Assembly: GCA_012295275.1 (NCBI GenBank)
Contig: CM022678.1
Coordinates: 6,014,001 to 6,078,000, forward strand
Length of the DNA: 64,000 nucleotides
Reading direction: 5' to 3'
Source of the DNA: Chrysomallon squamiferum
Lineage: Eukaryota; Animalia; Mollusca
Position numbers and translations under genes: made by a program. Shown here piece after piece: positions 14,424-28,924 of this stretch. The first letter of the stretch is position 1. Each line of letters begins with the position of its first letter. The notes under the pieces are model-generated. The model was given only the letters and a program-made list of their open reading frames with translations. It was not told the origin of the DNA and did no database searches.

Positions 14424-15286
14424 TGATACACACACCTGACAAATCACAGAATACATATTCACACTTAGTGCACTCTGCATTTTTGTTATCTTGATATCGT
14501 TCAAGCTGACATCTTGTAAAACACGCAAAATCTAAACGAACGATCTGACCTGACATTTTAAATCTTCCAAAGCATGCGCAGTTAAAGTCAACACTCACGT
14601 TCACTCCTTTGTAGTTTTCTTTTTTTCTTTCTTTCATTTTTATTATTATTATTATTATTTTATTATATATATTTTTTTTCTGCTTCTTTTTTTTTTCTTT
14701 CCTATTTTATTTTATTATTATTTTTTATTATTATTATAAAGTTGTTGTTTTTTTAAATTTATTTTGGGGTGTTTTTATTTATTATTATTATCGTTTTTTC
14801 CAGTACAATTAATATAGATCACAATTTTACAGGAAAATATCCTTTGTGATAAAATTAGCAGCAACGATCGTCTTAATCTATTTTAATTCAAATGCATAAT
14901 CATTTCGCTGGTCAGTATTATTATAAACACAAGTAAAACATTAGCTTATTAAAACAAAGTAGACGATTTATAACCTGGGACATTCAATGACGTAGAGTTA
15001 AAAGTTGAGAGGAAATGAAGAGTACAGGAAAGTATTCAAACGACAAATGACATTTCAAAGAGCTGAACTTTTCGAATTATTTTAGTTTTATAAAACAAAA
15101 GTAGAGTATATAATCATATCTTTCTCTCAGATGTATTCATTTGAAACAGCTAAAATTTAAGAGAAAGAATTTTATGCAAATAAGTCAGCGATCATTTCCA
15201 CTACTTTATGAGTTTCTCTTCAATTTTTAATTTATTTTTACTTGTTTTTCTTTAAATTTTGTATTGTATTTATTTATTTATTTATT

Positions 15287-15328
<42 letters not shown>

Positions 15329-16156
15329 TCATTTCATGAATCCAGCATATTCCATTTATATTTGAAAGCTCTCCAAAATATTGTCCCCTCTAGTCATGTT
15401 TTAACGCGGGGTTTTACGTGAATGTATGCTAGCTATTCTGATTCAAATGATTGCCTGAATTATTAGTTTGACTACAAAGATAATAAAAGAGTTATTTTTA
15501 TTTTTCTAGCCTATTTTAAGTGCACCATATTTTTACTTTTGATGTAAGCAGCAAAAATATTGTTCGACCAAAAATCAAGTAAAAATATTAATCTAATTTA
15601 CTTCTGTATGAAAATATCTATCAGTGAATAAAGATCGAAACATTTTAATGAACATCTCAATCTCAGACCCATTATAATGAAATACGTCATCACGAAGTTT
15701 GATTACGTCATTGAATTACCTCAATAATTATAAATAAGACATGTCAGAAATATTGGCTGAAGATAATGTCTGTCAATTGAAATTGCAATGTAGGTTTTAT
15801 ATTGACTTTTCTATTTTGATTAATATTTCAGTTTATTTATTTTTGAAAATCTGTATCTTTACGATACAATAATATTAAGGAGTTTCAATCATAATATACG
15901 ATTAATAATTTCAATTCAGTTACACGACGAAATGGATTGTAAACATCCTTTACATTGTTACTAACATAAGCTACATATTATTTATTTATTTGTTTGTTTC
16001 ATTGTTTGTTTCTTTGTTTGCTTGTTTGTTTATTTTTCGTGTTGTTGTTGCAATATCTAATCAGTATATTAAAATTAAGATACGAAGAAATACTAAAGAC
16101 ATAATAAAGTTTATTTATGTCTGTGACTTTACATTGCGTATATATTTCCGTATTTC

Positions 16157-16194
<38 letters not shown>

Positions 16195-16271
16195 CTAGTA
16201 AAAACAACATAAACAGTAACCATTTTTATTTTTGTTTATTGTTAACGTCTTTTATTTTAAACACTATAAAG

Positions 16272-18225
16272 TTAGTAGTTGACAAACCAGTTCACAGCTA
16301 GTTTCACTGACAAGTGTCCGTCGTATACTTCCTTCCCTACACGTCTCTGAGAGATGTCGACATTTCCTTGTGTGGTGACGATCATGAAACGCCAGAAAGG
16401 TTCATCTTTGATTTTGAATTCGGCCGACCCGACTTCTTCAGTACTGACACTCTGAAGTAACTCGGCAGAAACTTCTCCAGAAGGACCTAACTCCAGGTTA
16501 CTAGCCTTGAAGAACATCCATTCGCTTTTTACCGATGATTTTGAACCGCCGTTTCTGCCTCTAAATCCAATATGTCTTCCCCACCAAGATCCACTTTCTA
16601 CCCCCCACCAGTTTATACCCCGCCAACCGGCGTGCCTCTTCCGTCGACTTCCTTCAGTTTTCTTGTCGTCCTCAAATTTTAAAGCAACTCGAACTTCAGC
16701 GCCATTTAGAATGGCTTTCCTTAAGTCAGCTTTCGATCCAAAAGTGACCTCGCCGTTTTTGTTGGTTGACAAAACTTTTGACCATGGTCGTGTGTCGACA
16801 AACCACTTGATTGTTTTCTTTTCAGTGGACTCATTTACAAGACTTGTGTTAAAAAACGTGTAAATTCGTGTCCCGACAGTTCCCGTCGTGTGAACCATCT
16901 GCCAAGACCAATACATCTTTACATCACGTTTATTAGATTCATCGAAACTCATGCGATTCAAAAGTTGAACAGAAACCTGTCCTGGTTGTGTCCTCACGTT
17001 GTCCACCTCAATCGAGTAGTTTCCCATAACGACCTTCACCCTGTGTCCACTCTCAACGGCAGATATCAGTTCGGAAATACTCCCACCTTGTTGTTTTCCA
17101 TTTTCGTCATTCGTAAACACGTGTTTCCAGCAGGAATCCACGTACCACATGTAATCGAAGCGAACAAAGTAGTTTTTCGCAAATGATTTAGACGAAAGCC
17201 AGAAGATAAGGTGGACCCTGTCGTTTGAGTATATATTTACAGCACCTGGTGGAAGATCGATGTTGTAATGATCATTTCTTTGCTTTGTCTGAAAAAAAAA
17301 CAACATTTGCCCTGAAATCACGCCTTCTTTACTAACATTGATGTTCGTAAGTGAATACACGTAACTGTATGAGCTTGCGACTTTGACATCGTGTCCGGCT
17401 TCTATAGACGAGTACAAATTTGCTAACGATCCGTTAGATACAAACGTCTGACCTTCGAAATACGTGTTAATAATGAACTCTGAGCAAGGATGTTGCTTAA
17501 TGAACCACTGCACAGCAACACGACGTACATCTCGACGTTCGACTAAGCCGGTGTCCAGCTTAAAGTGAATGACGTCGACATATCCGGTTGTACACAGAAG
17601 TATTGCTTGACGATACGACTGATTCAGAAAGGTGTCCCAGCTTTCCTTGCCTACGTGCATCGTTGAAAAAAAACAGAGAAAGTCACGCTTATGATATGTA
17701 CTGTATACAGAATCGCTAGCGTATCCTTCTGCTCCCCATGATGGTATTAAAAACCTGACGGGTTCAGTGTGTTCGGCAGTATTGAAGAGATCCTCGACGT
17801 TGCCAGAAACAGCGGAACCGTTCTGATCATTCTCATAAACCTTACGCCATCGACTGCCGCAGGAATCTGGAAAGGATTTTTATATATTTGATTATTATTT
17901 CAGTAGGGTTTTTTTGTTTTTGTTATTTTTTTTTTCTAGTTTTTATTACTATTATTACTATTACGACTACTGCTACTTTCACTCCTACTACCACTGCGAC
18001 TACTACTACCACCACTACTGTTATTACTACAACTATCACTATTGTCTTACTTTTATCATCATTATTATTCAAAAGTTTAATCTTTGATAATGTTAACTGA
18101 TAAAGATTAAGAAACATGACAATAATATGTACGAAGGATTTGTATTTAACACACTGGCACAAATACAGACTCAGGCACAAAAAAGCACGTTCATAATAAA
18201 TTAATATTCAAATATTACATAACAA

Positions 18226-18261
<36 letters not shown>

Positions 18262-18660
18262 TAATGCATTTTCAACAGAATGTAGTAACATCCTCACTTA
18301 GATCTACAAACACACACATGGACACATTACACACTAAGTCACATACATACACCACTCAGAGATACCATATACACATTCACACACATTTACTGTAAAACCT
18401 AATTACATTAGCACACGCACTGTCAAGAGCATATTCAAGCACGCACAACATGCACATAGACACAGACACCCACACACGTTCACTTCCCAATATATATTTC
18501 TTTTTGCAGTGAATTAATGGAAAGGAAAATATAAAATTGAAATCAGTAATAAAAAAATAAATAAGCTCTTACCGCAAGCAGCAGAAATGGTTTTCAGCGT
18601 CGTCAGTGTAATAAGAAAACATATTGCAAAGTGCAGTATTGTGGATGTCAATACCGCCAT
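16272..18660 (-). CDS. Secreted four-repeat protein, array copy 3 (560 aa; coding exons 18660-18573 and 17866-16272)
   Basis: Same 88-nt signal-peptide exon and phase-1 GT-AG intron as copy 2. The frame is open through ORF 16272-17660. Confidence 0.9.
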
Positions 18661-18846
18661 GTTCTTGTATCTCAACTGAAAAATATTTGTATACTTTCAC
18701 GTAATTATTTTGTTGTGGTTGTTGATGCTATTGTTGTTGTTAGTGGTAGTAGTAATAGTAGTAATTAACGTGTTAACGATATTAATATTAGTAGAAGGCC
18801 TAATAGTTGTTCTATTATTGTTTTAGAACTATTTATTCATTTACTT

Positions 18847-18877
<31 letters not shown>

Positions 18878-19175
18878 TATTTGTTTGTTTATATATCAAA
18901 TAACAAATTATATTTCAAAAACTATATTTAGAAAAATCTGGAATTTAAATAAATAAATAAATAAATAAATAAAAGAAACAATAATTTGTGTAAAAGCACA
19001 CACTAGTGATGCCTATGAAATATTAAATTTGTTCTACATGAGAATGTTGCAAAATGAATTATTTACAATTGTTACTACTATCTGTTTACGATGAAATAAT
19101 ATATAGTTTTTTGTTGTGTATTTATTTATTTAATCAAAATTATTATTTAAAGAATAGTTTTTTTTATTATTATTA

Positions 19176-19222
<47 letters not shown>

Positions 19223-19838
19223 GGTATTTTTAAATCAGGAAAGCAATTTGTTTTGGATTATAAAATAAAATAAAATAAATTAAAATAAAATAAAAATAAC
19301 AAATAAATAAATAAATAAATAAAACAGAGACAACTTTGTGTTGAATCACACACTACTGGAACCTGAATAATTTTTCTTATCCATTTTAACAAAAACTGAA
19401 AATGTTATTATTTACTAATGTTGATAATGATAAATTAATATTGATTTACTATGAAATCGTCAAATAAATAGTACTTTTTATAGTTTCTTCTGCTTTATTA
19501 TCACTTTATTCCGTTTCATTTCGTTTCATTTTATTTATTTATTTATTTATTTATTTACCTTTATCTATATATCTATTAAATAACAATGTAAGAATCGTAA
19601 TAAATAAATAACATATTTAGTTTTAATATAAAATGAAATAAATGCAAGTAAGTACAATTCAGAATATATATTACAGAAAAGCAGTGAAATTGTGGTAATA
19701 GCAGTTGTAGTTCCTATTGTTGTTGTTATTATAGACGTAGTAGCAGTAGTAGAAGAAGTAAAAAAAAAACATTGATATCCTTAGTCTAACAACGTAAGGT
19801 CCCAAAATATGATAGAAACTGTAACAAAATGGAAATAC

Positions 19839-19930
19839 CTGCTATGAAAATGATGTCCAACTGCTGAACGAAATTCAGAGATTTCTGAATCTTGAGTGAA
19901 GAAGAGATTTCAGATCCCTTTAATTTATAT
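19839..19930 (-). promoter_or_regulatory. Putative TATA box and non-coding first exon of copy 3
   Basis: TATAAAT at 19929-19923, then the conserved block and a CAG|GTATTT donor at 19838. Confidence 0.6.
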
Positions 19931-21311
19931 GTTTCTTCTGAGTCATATTGCAGACTTCAAGCATCTTTTTTATTTCGTTTTTGAACGTGTTCGTTCTACG
20001 CAACAAACACAGGTGTGCTTTGAGACATCGATTTTCTGCTGACGTGATTGTACTTAGAAATGTTCCACTCTGTGTAACAAACAGATGTGCTCTGAAGCGT
20101 GAGTTTAGTGTGAGTGTGCGTGGCTGCGTCTGAGTGCACATATTACATCTTTATTTTGTTCTGGAACTAATTTTCCCGAAATCATTCATATAGATCCACT
20201 TGCTGTAACACAGAGAAAACCTAGACATATCTGACTTTGATCTAACGTCTACTGTCCTTGTGAATTCAAGATTATAGAACAGAATAAATGAAAATAAGAA
20301 TAAGTATAACACAAGAACGGAAAAGTTTTATCAATACAGATAGTAGGATTCTATATCTCTCCTAGTAGGATTTATACTCTGATCAATATATATATATCTA
20401 TATATAAATATATAGATATATATACATATCTGACACGCGCGCACACAGACAAACACACTCCCATACACACACCTGACAAATCACAGAGTACATATTCACA
20501 CTTAGTGCACTCTGCATTCTTGTTATCTTGATATCGTTCAAGCTGACATCTTGTAAAACACGCAAAATCTAAACGAACGATCTGACCTGACATTTTTATA
20601 TCTTCCAAAGCATGCGCAGTTAAAGTCAACACTCACGTTCACTCCTTTGTAGTTTTCTTTTTTTCTTTCTTTCATTTTTATTATTATTATTATTATTTTA
20701 TTATATATTTTTTTTTTCTGCTTCTTTTTTTTTTCTTTCCTATTTTATTTTATTATTATTTTTTATTATTATTATAAAGTTGTTGTTGTTTTTAAATTTA
20801 TTTTGGGGTGTTTTTATTTATTATTATTATCGTTTTTTCCAGTACAATTAATATAGATCACAATTTTACAGGAAAATATCCTTTGTGATAAAATTAGCAG
20901 CAACGATCGTCTTAATCTATTTTAATTCAAATGCATAATCATTTCGCTGGTCAGTATTATTATAAACACAAGTAAAACATTAGCTTATTAAAACAAAGTA
21001 GACGATTTATACCCTGGGACATTCAATGACGTAGAGTCAAAAGTTGAGAGGAAATGAAGAGTACAGGAAAGTATTCAAACGACAAATGACATTTCAAAGA
21101 GCTGAAGTTTTCGAATTATTTTAGTTTTATAAAACAAAAGTAGAGTATATAATCATATCTCTCTCTCTCAGATGTATTCATTTGAAACAGCTAAAATTTA
21201 ACAGAAAGAATTTTATGCAAATAAGTCAGCGATCATTTCCACTACTTTATGAGTTTCTCTTCATTTTTTAATTTATTTTTACTTGTTTTTCTTTAAATTT
21301 TAAATTGTATT

Positions 21312-21362
<51 letters not shown>

Positions 21363-22285
21363 TCATGAATCCAGCATATTCCATTTATATTTGAAAGCTC
21401 TCCAAAATATTGTGCCCTCTAGTCATGTTTTAACGCGGGGTTTTATGTAAATGTATCTAGATATTCTGATTCAAACGATTGCCTGAATTATTAGTTTGAC
21501 TACAAAGATAAGAAAAGAGTTATTTTTATTTGTTTAGCCTATTTTAAGTGCACCGTATAGTTTCTTTTGATGTAAGCAGCAATATTTAATTTAGTTTACC
21601 TCTGTGTGAAAATATCTATCAGTGAATAAAGGTCGAAACATTTTAATGAACATCTCAATCTCAGACCCATTATAATGAAATACGTCATCACGAAGTTTGA
21701 TTACGTCATTGAATTACCTCAATAATTATAAATAAGACATGTCAGAAATATTGGCTGAAGATAATGTCTGTCAATTGAAATTGCAATGTAGGTTTTATAT
21801 TGACTTTTCTATTTTGATTAATATTTCAATTTATTTATTTTTGAAAATCTTTACGATACAATAATATTAAGGAGTTTCAATCATAATATACGATTAATAA
21901 TTTCAATTCAGTTACACGACGAAATGGATTGTAAACATCCTTTACATTGTTTCTAACATAAGCTACATATTATTTATTTATTTGTTTGTTTCATTGTTTG
22001 TTTCTTTGTTTGCTTGTTTGTTTATTTTTCGTGTTGTTGTTGCAATATCTAATCAGTATATTAAAATTAAGATACGAAGAAATACTAAAGACATAATAAA
22101 GTATATTTATGTCTGTGACTTTACATTGCGTATATATTTCCGTATTTCTGTTCATTGTTATTATTATTATTGTTATTATTGTTATGATTATTATTATTAT
22201 TATTATTCCTAGTAAAAACATAATAAGCAGTAGCAATTTTTATTTTTGTTTATTGTTAATGTTTAATATTTTAAACATTACAAAG

Positions 22286-24233
22286 TTAATAGTTGACAAA
22301 CCAGTTGACAGCTTGTTTTACAGAGAAGTGTCCGTCCTTTGTTTCGTTCCCTACACGTCTCTGAGAGATGTCGACATTTCCTTGTGTGGTGACGATCATG
22401 AAACGCCAGAAAGGTTCATCTTTGATTTTGAATTCGGCCGACCCGACTTCTTCAGTACTGACACTCTGAAGTAACTCGGCAGAAACTTCTCCAGAAGGAC
22501 CTAACTCCAGGTTACTAGCCTTGAAGAACATCCATTCGCTTTTTACCGATGATTTTGAACCGCCGTTTCTGCCTCTAAATCCAATATGTCTTCCCCACCA
22601 AGATCCACTTTCTATCCCCCACCAGTTTATACCCCACCAACCGGCGTGCCTCTTCCGTCGACTTCCTTCAGTTTTCTTGTCGTCATCAAACTTTAAAGCA
22701 ACACGAACTTCAGCGCCATTTAGAATGGCTTTCCTTAAGTCAGCTTTCGATCCAAAAGTGACCTCGCCGTTTTTGTTGGTTGACAAAACTTTTGACCATG
22801 GTCGTGTGTCGACAAACCACTTGATTGTTTTCTTTTCAGTCGACTCGTTTTTAAGAACTGAGTTGTGAAACGTGTAAACTCGTGTTCCGACAGTTCCCGT
22901 CGTGTGAACCATCTGCCAAGACCAGTACATCTTTACATCTTCAGTATCAGATTCATCGAAACTCATGCGATTCAAAAGTTGAACAGAAACCTGTCCTGGT
23001 TGTGTCCTCACGTTGTCCACCTCAATCGAGTAGTTTCCCATAACGACCTTCACCCTGTGTCCACTCTCAACGGCAGATATCAGTTCGGAAATACTCCCAC
23101 CTTGTTGTTTTCCATTTTCGTCTTTCGTAAACACGTGTTTCCAGCAGGAATCCACGTACCATGTGTAATTATAGCGGTGAAATGCGGTCATCGCCTGTCG
23201 TTCATACTGAAGATACAAGATAAGGTGGACCTTGTCGTTTGAGTGTATATTTACAACACCCAGCTGCACCTCCAGTGGCTGCGCAAATTCGAAATAATCT
23301 TTTTGCCTCTCTGTGTCAAAATGCCAAAACATTTGTGCTGAAATCACGCCTTCTTTACTAACATTGATGTTCATAAGTGAATACGCGTTATGGTATGAGC
23401 TTGCGACTTTGACATCGTGTCCGGCTTCTATAGATGAGTACAAATTTGCTAACGATCCGTTAGATACAAACTTCTTATCTTCGAAATACGTGTTAATAAT
23501 GAACTCTGAGCAAGGATGTTGCTTAATGAACCACTGCACAGCAACACGACGTACATCTCGACGTTCGACTAATCCGGTGCCCGGCTTAAAGCGAATGACG
23601 TCGACATATCCGTTTGTACAGAGAAGTATTGCATGACGATACGACTGATTCAGAAAGGTGTCCCAGCTTTTCTTGCCTACGCGCATCGTTGAAATAAAAC
23701 AGAGAGCGTCACGCTTATGATATATACTGTACACAGAATCGCTAGCGTATCCTTCTGCTCCCCACGATGGTACTACAAACCTGACCGGTTCAGTGTGTTC
23801 GGCAGCGTTGAAGAGATCCTCGGCGTTGCCAGAAACAGCGGAACCGTTGTGATCATTCTCATAAACCTTACGCCATCGACTGCCGCAGGAATCTGGAAAG
23901 GATTTTTATATATTTGATTGTTATTTCAGTAGGTTTTTTTGTTTTTGTTATTTTTTTTCTAGTTTTTATTACTATTACGACTACTGCTACTTTCACTCCT
24001 ACTACCACTACTATCACCACTACTGTTACTACTACAACTATCACTATGGTGTTAGTTTTATCATCATTATTATTCAAAAGTTTAATCTTTGATAATGTTA
24101 ACTGATAAAGATTAAGAAATATGACAATAATATGTACGAAGGATTTGTATTTAACACACTGGCACAAATACACACTCAGGCACAAACAAGCACATCCATA
24201 ATAAATTAATATTCAAATATTACATAACAACTG

Positions 24234-24266
<33 letters not shown>

Positions 24267-24666
24267 TAATGCATTTTCAACAGAATGTAATAACATCCTC
24301 ACTTAGATCTACAAACACACACATGGACACATTACACACTAAGTCACATACATACACCACTCAGAGATACCATATATATATTCACACACATTTACTGTAA
24401 AACCTAATTACATTAGCACACGCACTGTCAAGAGCATATTCAAGCACGCACTACATGCACATAGACACAGACACCCACACACGTTCACTTCCCAATATAT
24501 ATTTCTTTTTGCAGTGAATTAATGGAAAGGAAAATATAAAATTGAAATCAGTAATAAAAAAAATAAATAAGCTCTTACCGCAAGCAGCAGAAATGGTTTC
24601 CAGCGTCGTCAGTGTAATAAGAAAACATATTGCAAAGTGCAGTATTGTGGATATCAATACCGCCAT
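22286..24666 (-). CDS. Secreted four-repeat protein, array copy 4 (564 aa; coding exons 24666-24579 and 23892-22286)
   Basis: Signal-peptide exon MAVLISTILHFAICFLITLTTLETISAAC (visible in ORF 24451-24681) with a GTAAG donor. CAG acceptor before 23892, in frame with ORF 22286-23734. Confidence 0.9.
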
Positions 24667-25201
24667 ATTGTTGTATCTCAACTGAAAAATATTTGTATAC
24701 TTTCACGTAATTATTTTGTTGTGGTTGTTGATGCTATTGTTGTTGTTGTTGTTGTTGTTGTTATTATTATTATTATTAGTAGTAGTAGTAGTATTGGCTT
24801 TATTATTGTTGTTAGTGGTAGTAGTAATAGTAGTAATTAACGTTAATATTAATATTAGTAGAAGGCCTAATAGTTGTTCTATTATTGTTTTAGAACTATT
24901 TATTCATTTACTTTTATTTATTTATTTATTTATTAATTTATTTATTTATTTATTTATATTTGTTTGTTTATATATCAAATAACAATATTTATTTCAAAAA
25001 CTATATTTAGAAAAATCGGGAATCAAAATAAATAAATAAATAAATAAATAAATAAAAGAAAGAATAATTTGTGTAAAATCACACACTAGTGATGCCTCTG
25101 AAATATTAAATTTGTTCTAAATGAGAATGTTGCAAAATTAATTATTTACAATTGTTACTACTATCTGTTTACGATGAAATAATATATGGTTTTTTGTTGT
25201 G

Positions 25202-25232
<31 letters not shown>

Positions 25233-25278
25233 TCAAAATTATTATTTAAAGAATAGTTTTTTTTTATTATTATTATTA

Positions 25279-25331
<53 letters not shown>

Positions 25332-25635
25332 GGTATTTTTAAATCAGGAAAGCAATTTGTTTTGGATTATAAAATAAAATAAAATAAATTAAAATAAAAT
25401 AAAATAAACAAATAAATAAATAAATAAATAAAACATAGACAACTTTGTGTTGAATCACACACTACTGGAACCTGAATAATTTTTCTTATCCATTTTTAAC
25501 AAAAACTGAAAATGTTATTATTTTCTAATGTTGATACTGATAAACTAATATTGATTTACTATGAAATCCTCAAATAAATAGTACTTTGTATAGTTTCTTC
25601 TGCTTTATTATCACTTTATTCCGTTTCATTTCATT

Positions 25636-25678
<43 letters not shown>

Positions 25679-25968
25679 TTAATTTACCTTTATCTATATA
25701 TCTATTAAATAACGATGTAAGAATCGTAATAAACAAATAACATATTTACTTTTAATATAAAATGAAATAAATGCAAGTAAGAATAATTCAGAATATATAT
25801 TAAAGAAAAGCAGTGAAATTGTGGTAATAGCAGTTGTAGTTCCTATTGTTGTTGTTATTACAGACGTAGTAGCAGTAGTAGAAGAAGTAAAAAAAAACCA
25901 TTGATATCCTTAGTCTAACAACGTAAGGTCCCAAAATATGATAGAAACTGTAACAAAATGGAAATACC

Positions 25969-26060
25969 TGCTATGAAAATGATGTCCAACTGCTGAACGA
26001 AATTCAGAGATTTCTGAATCTTGAGTGAAGAAGAGATTTCAGATCTCTTTAATTTATATG
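25969..26060 (-). promoter_or_regulatory. Putative TATA box and non-coding first exon of copy 4
   Basis: TATAAAT at 26058-26052. Near-identical to the copy-3 block, with the same donor. Confidence 0.6.
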
Positions 26061-26745
26061 TTTCTTCTGAGTCATATTGCAGACTTCAAGCATCTTTTTT
26101 ATTTGGTTTTGAACGTGTTCGTTCTACGAAACAAACACAGGTGTGCTTTGAGACATCGATTTTCTGCTGACGTGATTGTACTTAGAAATGTTCCATTCTG
26201 TGTAACAAACAGATGTGCTCTGAAGCGTGAGTTTAGTGTGAGTGTGCGTGGCTGCGTGTGGGTGCACATATTACATCTTTATTTTGTTCTGGATGTAATT
26301 TTCCCGAAATCATTCATATAGATCCACTTGCTGTAACACAGAGAAAACCTAGACATATCTGACTTTGATCTAACGTCTACTGTCCTTGTGAATTCAAGAT
26401 TATAGAACAGAATAAATGAAAATAAGAATAAGAATAACACAAGAACGGAAAAGTTTTATCAATAGAGATAGTAGGATTCTATATCTCTCCTAGTAGGATT
26501 TATCCTCTGATCAATATATATATATATATATATATATAAATATATAGATATATATATACATATCTGACACGCGCGCACACAGACAAACACACTCCCATAC
26601 ACACACCTGACAAATCACAGTGTACATATTCACACTTAGTGCACTCTGCATTCTTGTTATCTTGATATCGTTCAAGCTGACATCGTGTAAAACACGCAAA
26701 ATCTAAACGAACGATCTGACCTGACATTTTAAATCTTCCAAAGCA

Positions 26746-27245
26746 TGCGCAGTTAAAGTCAACACACACGTTCACTCCTTTGTAGTTTTCTTCTCTTTTT
26801 TTTTTTCTATCTTTTTTTTTTTTTTAAAATTATTTTTATTTGGGGGAATACAAATATTATGGATCATAATTTAACAAGAAAATTTCCTACGTCGATGACT
26901 TCAGATCAATTTGATGCGCAGTTAAAGTCAACACACACGTTCACTCCTTTGTAGTTTTCTTCTCTTTTTTTTTTTTTTCTATCTTTTTAATTTTTCAAAA
27001 TTATTTTTATTAGAGGGAATACAAATAATATGGATCATAATTTAACAAGAAAATTTCCTACGTCGATGACTTCAGATCAATTTGATGCGCAGTTAAAGTC
27101 AACACACACGTTCACTCCTTTGTAGTTTTCTTCTCTTTTTTTTTCTCTCTTTTTTTTCAAAATTATTTTTATTAGAGGGAATACAAATAATATGGATCAT
27201 AATTTAACAAGAAAATTTCCTACGTCGATGACTTCATATCAGTTT
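26746..27245. repeat. Three tandem copies of an ~170-bp unit
   Basis: GCGCAGTTAAAGTCAACACACACGTTCACTCCTTTGTAG...AAATTTCCTACGTCGATGACTTCA at about 26747, 26916 and 27087. Confidence 0.9.
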
Positions 27246-27902
27246 GACAAAATTAACAACAACGCTCGTCTAAACCTATTGTGCATGGAAGGCGTAATTA
27301 TTTCGTTGAGACAAACAATATAATTAAGAAGAATAAGTAAAACAGTTGTCTATTTTTATTTTATCCTGAGACGAACAATTAACTGGAAACAGAATATAAA
27401 TATTATACTAGACGATCAAGAGTTGGAAAGAATTTATTCATCCAAACACTCAATGGAAAATCCAAGAACTCTCTCCAAGAATATTTGCATGACGTCTCAC
27501 GCGAGCTCTTTAATCGCCAAGTGTCACTCCTGGTATCTATGGGGTATCGATCCTGCGACATCTTTTGCAGCAGGCAAGCGCTGATATCGCTGTACTTAGA
27601 AACTTTACACGCTCTGTGAAACAGAAACAGATGTGCTCAGTGTGCGTAGCTGCGTGTGAGTGCAAATATTACATGTTAATTGTATAGAGGATCATTGTTG
27701 TATTTTAAAAATTATTTTTGTGAAATCATTAATATAGTACCGTTTAGTGTGACAAACAGAAAACAAAGAGATTTTTCACTTTGATGAGACCTAAAATGAC
27801 CTTGTGATTTCAGGATTATAGAATAAAGTAATTAAAAATAAAGTAAATATAATAGAAGAAGGAAGAACTTTCATAAAAAGAATTCTTCTAGTAGGATTTA
27901 TC

Positions 27903-27948
<46 letters not shown>

Positions 27949-27969
27949 ACGACGGCACACTAGTTGATA

Positions 27970-28490
27970 TAAATTTATGTACCTAATTAACATAATTTAT
28001 TAACACTTTTTTTTATTTTATTATTTTTATTATTATTATTATTATTATTTTTTAATCTTTAGCTTAAAGATGAGTAAGGCACTCGTCGGACGACCGCACC
28101 CTAATTGACATAATCGACCCTGCGTAAATTTATGTACCTAATTAACATAATTTATTAACACTTTTTTATTTTATTACTATTATTATTATTATTTTTATTA
28201 TTGTTGTTGTTATTATTATTATTATTATTATTATTTTAATCTTTAGCTTTTGATATGTATAATCAGTAAGGTACCCGTCTAAGAAATGCACCCTAGCTAG
28301 TATAATCATAGCACCGACCCTAGGTAAATTTATGTACCTAATTAACATAATTTATTAACACTTTTTATTTTATTATTATTATTATTATTATTATTTTAAT
28401 CTTTAGCTTTTGATATGTATAATCAGTAAGGTGTAAGAAAAGCACCCTAGCTAGTATAATCGTAGCAATTTAACAACATAATTTATTTAC
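27970..28490. repeat. Degenerate tandem repeat, ~155-200-bp unit, about 3 copies
   Basis: AAATTTATGTACCTAATTAACATAATTTATTAACAC at about 27972, 28126 and 28326, each followed by TTTTAATCTTTAGCT. Confidence 0.85.
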
Positions 28491-28682
28491 TCTTTTTTTA
28501 TTTCATTTTTTTTTTTTTTTTTTTTTTTTCATTTTTACTTTTCAGCTGTTTCTCTTTATATTTGAAAGCTCTCCGCAACATTCCTTGATGTCCTCTAGTT
28601 ACGATTTGCAGCGGTTTTTTTTTTTTTTTTTTACAAATGTATGCTAGATATTCTGATTCAAATGATTGTCTGAATTATTAGC

Positions 28683-28768
<86 letters not shown>

Positions 28769-28924
28769 CTACATTCTCTCTTTCCTTCTCTGTACCTGTC
28801 TCTAACGCACACCAAACACTCGCTGACTATTTTGAAACCACGCACAAGTAACAGAAAGAAAATATTCCGCTCAAATAAATTCATCAGGATTTATTCCGTC
28901 TGACGACAACGTTTCTGTCATTTC

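Larger units (their letters stand above)
14420..26800. repeat. Direct tandem segmental duplication, unit about 6.0-6.1 kb, carrying copies 3 and 4
   Basis: The anchor ACACACCTGACAAATCACAG...GCATGCGCAGTTAAAGTCAACAC recurs at about 14430, 20465 and 26600, and inverted at about 3680-3850. Introns and flanks of 14420-20400 and 20450-26550 align almost throughout. Confidence 0.9.

Noticed and set aside
16272-24666. Diversity-generating retroelement or somatic diversification as the cause of the variable region
   Set aside because: There is no reverse transcriptase or template repeat, and the differences include indels and changes at all four bases rather than adenine-specific changes. Paralog divergence and conversion suffice.
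14420-26800. 6-kb tandem duplication as an uncollapsed-haplotype assembly artefact
   Set aside because: Copies 3 and 4 differ strongly in repeat 2, and the anchor element occurs three times in register. A real duplication is more likely, though long reads are needed to exclude an artefact.
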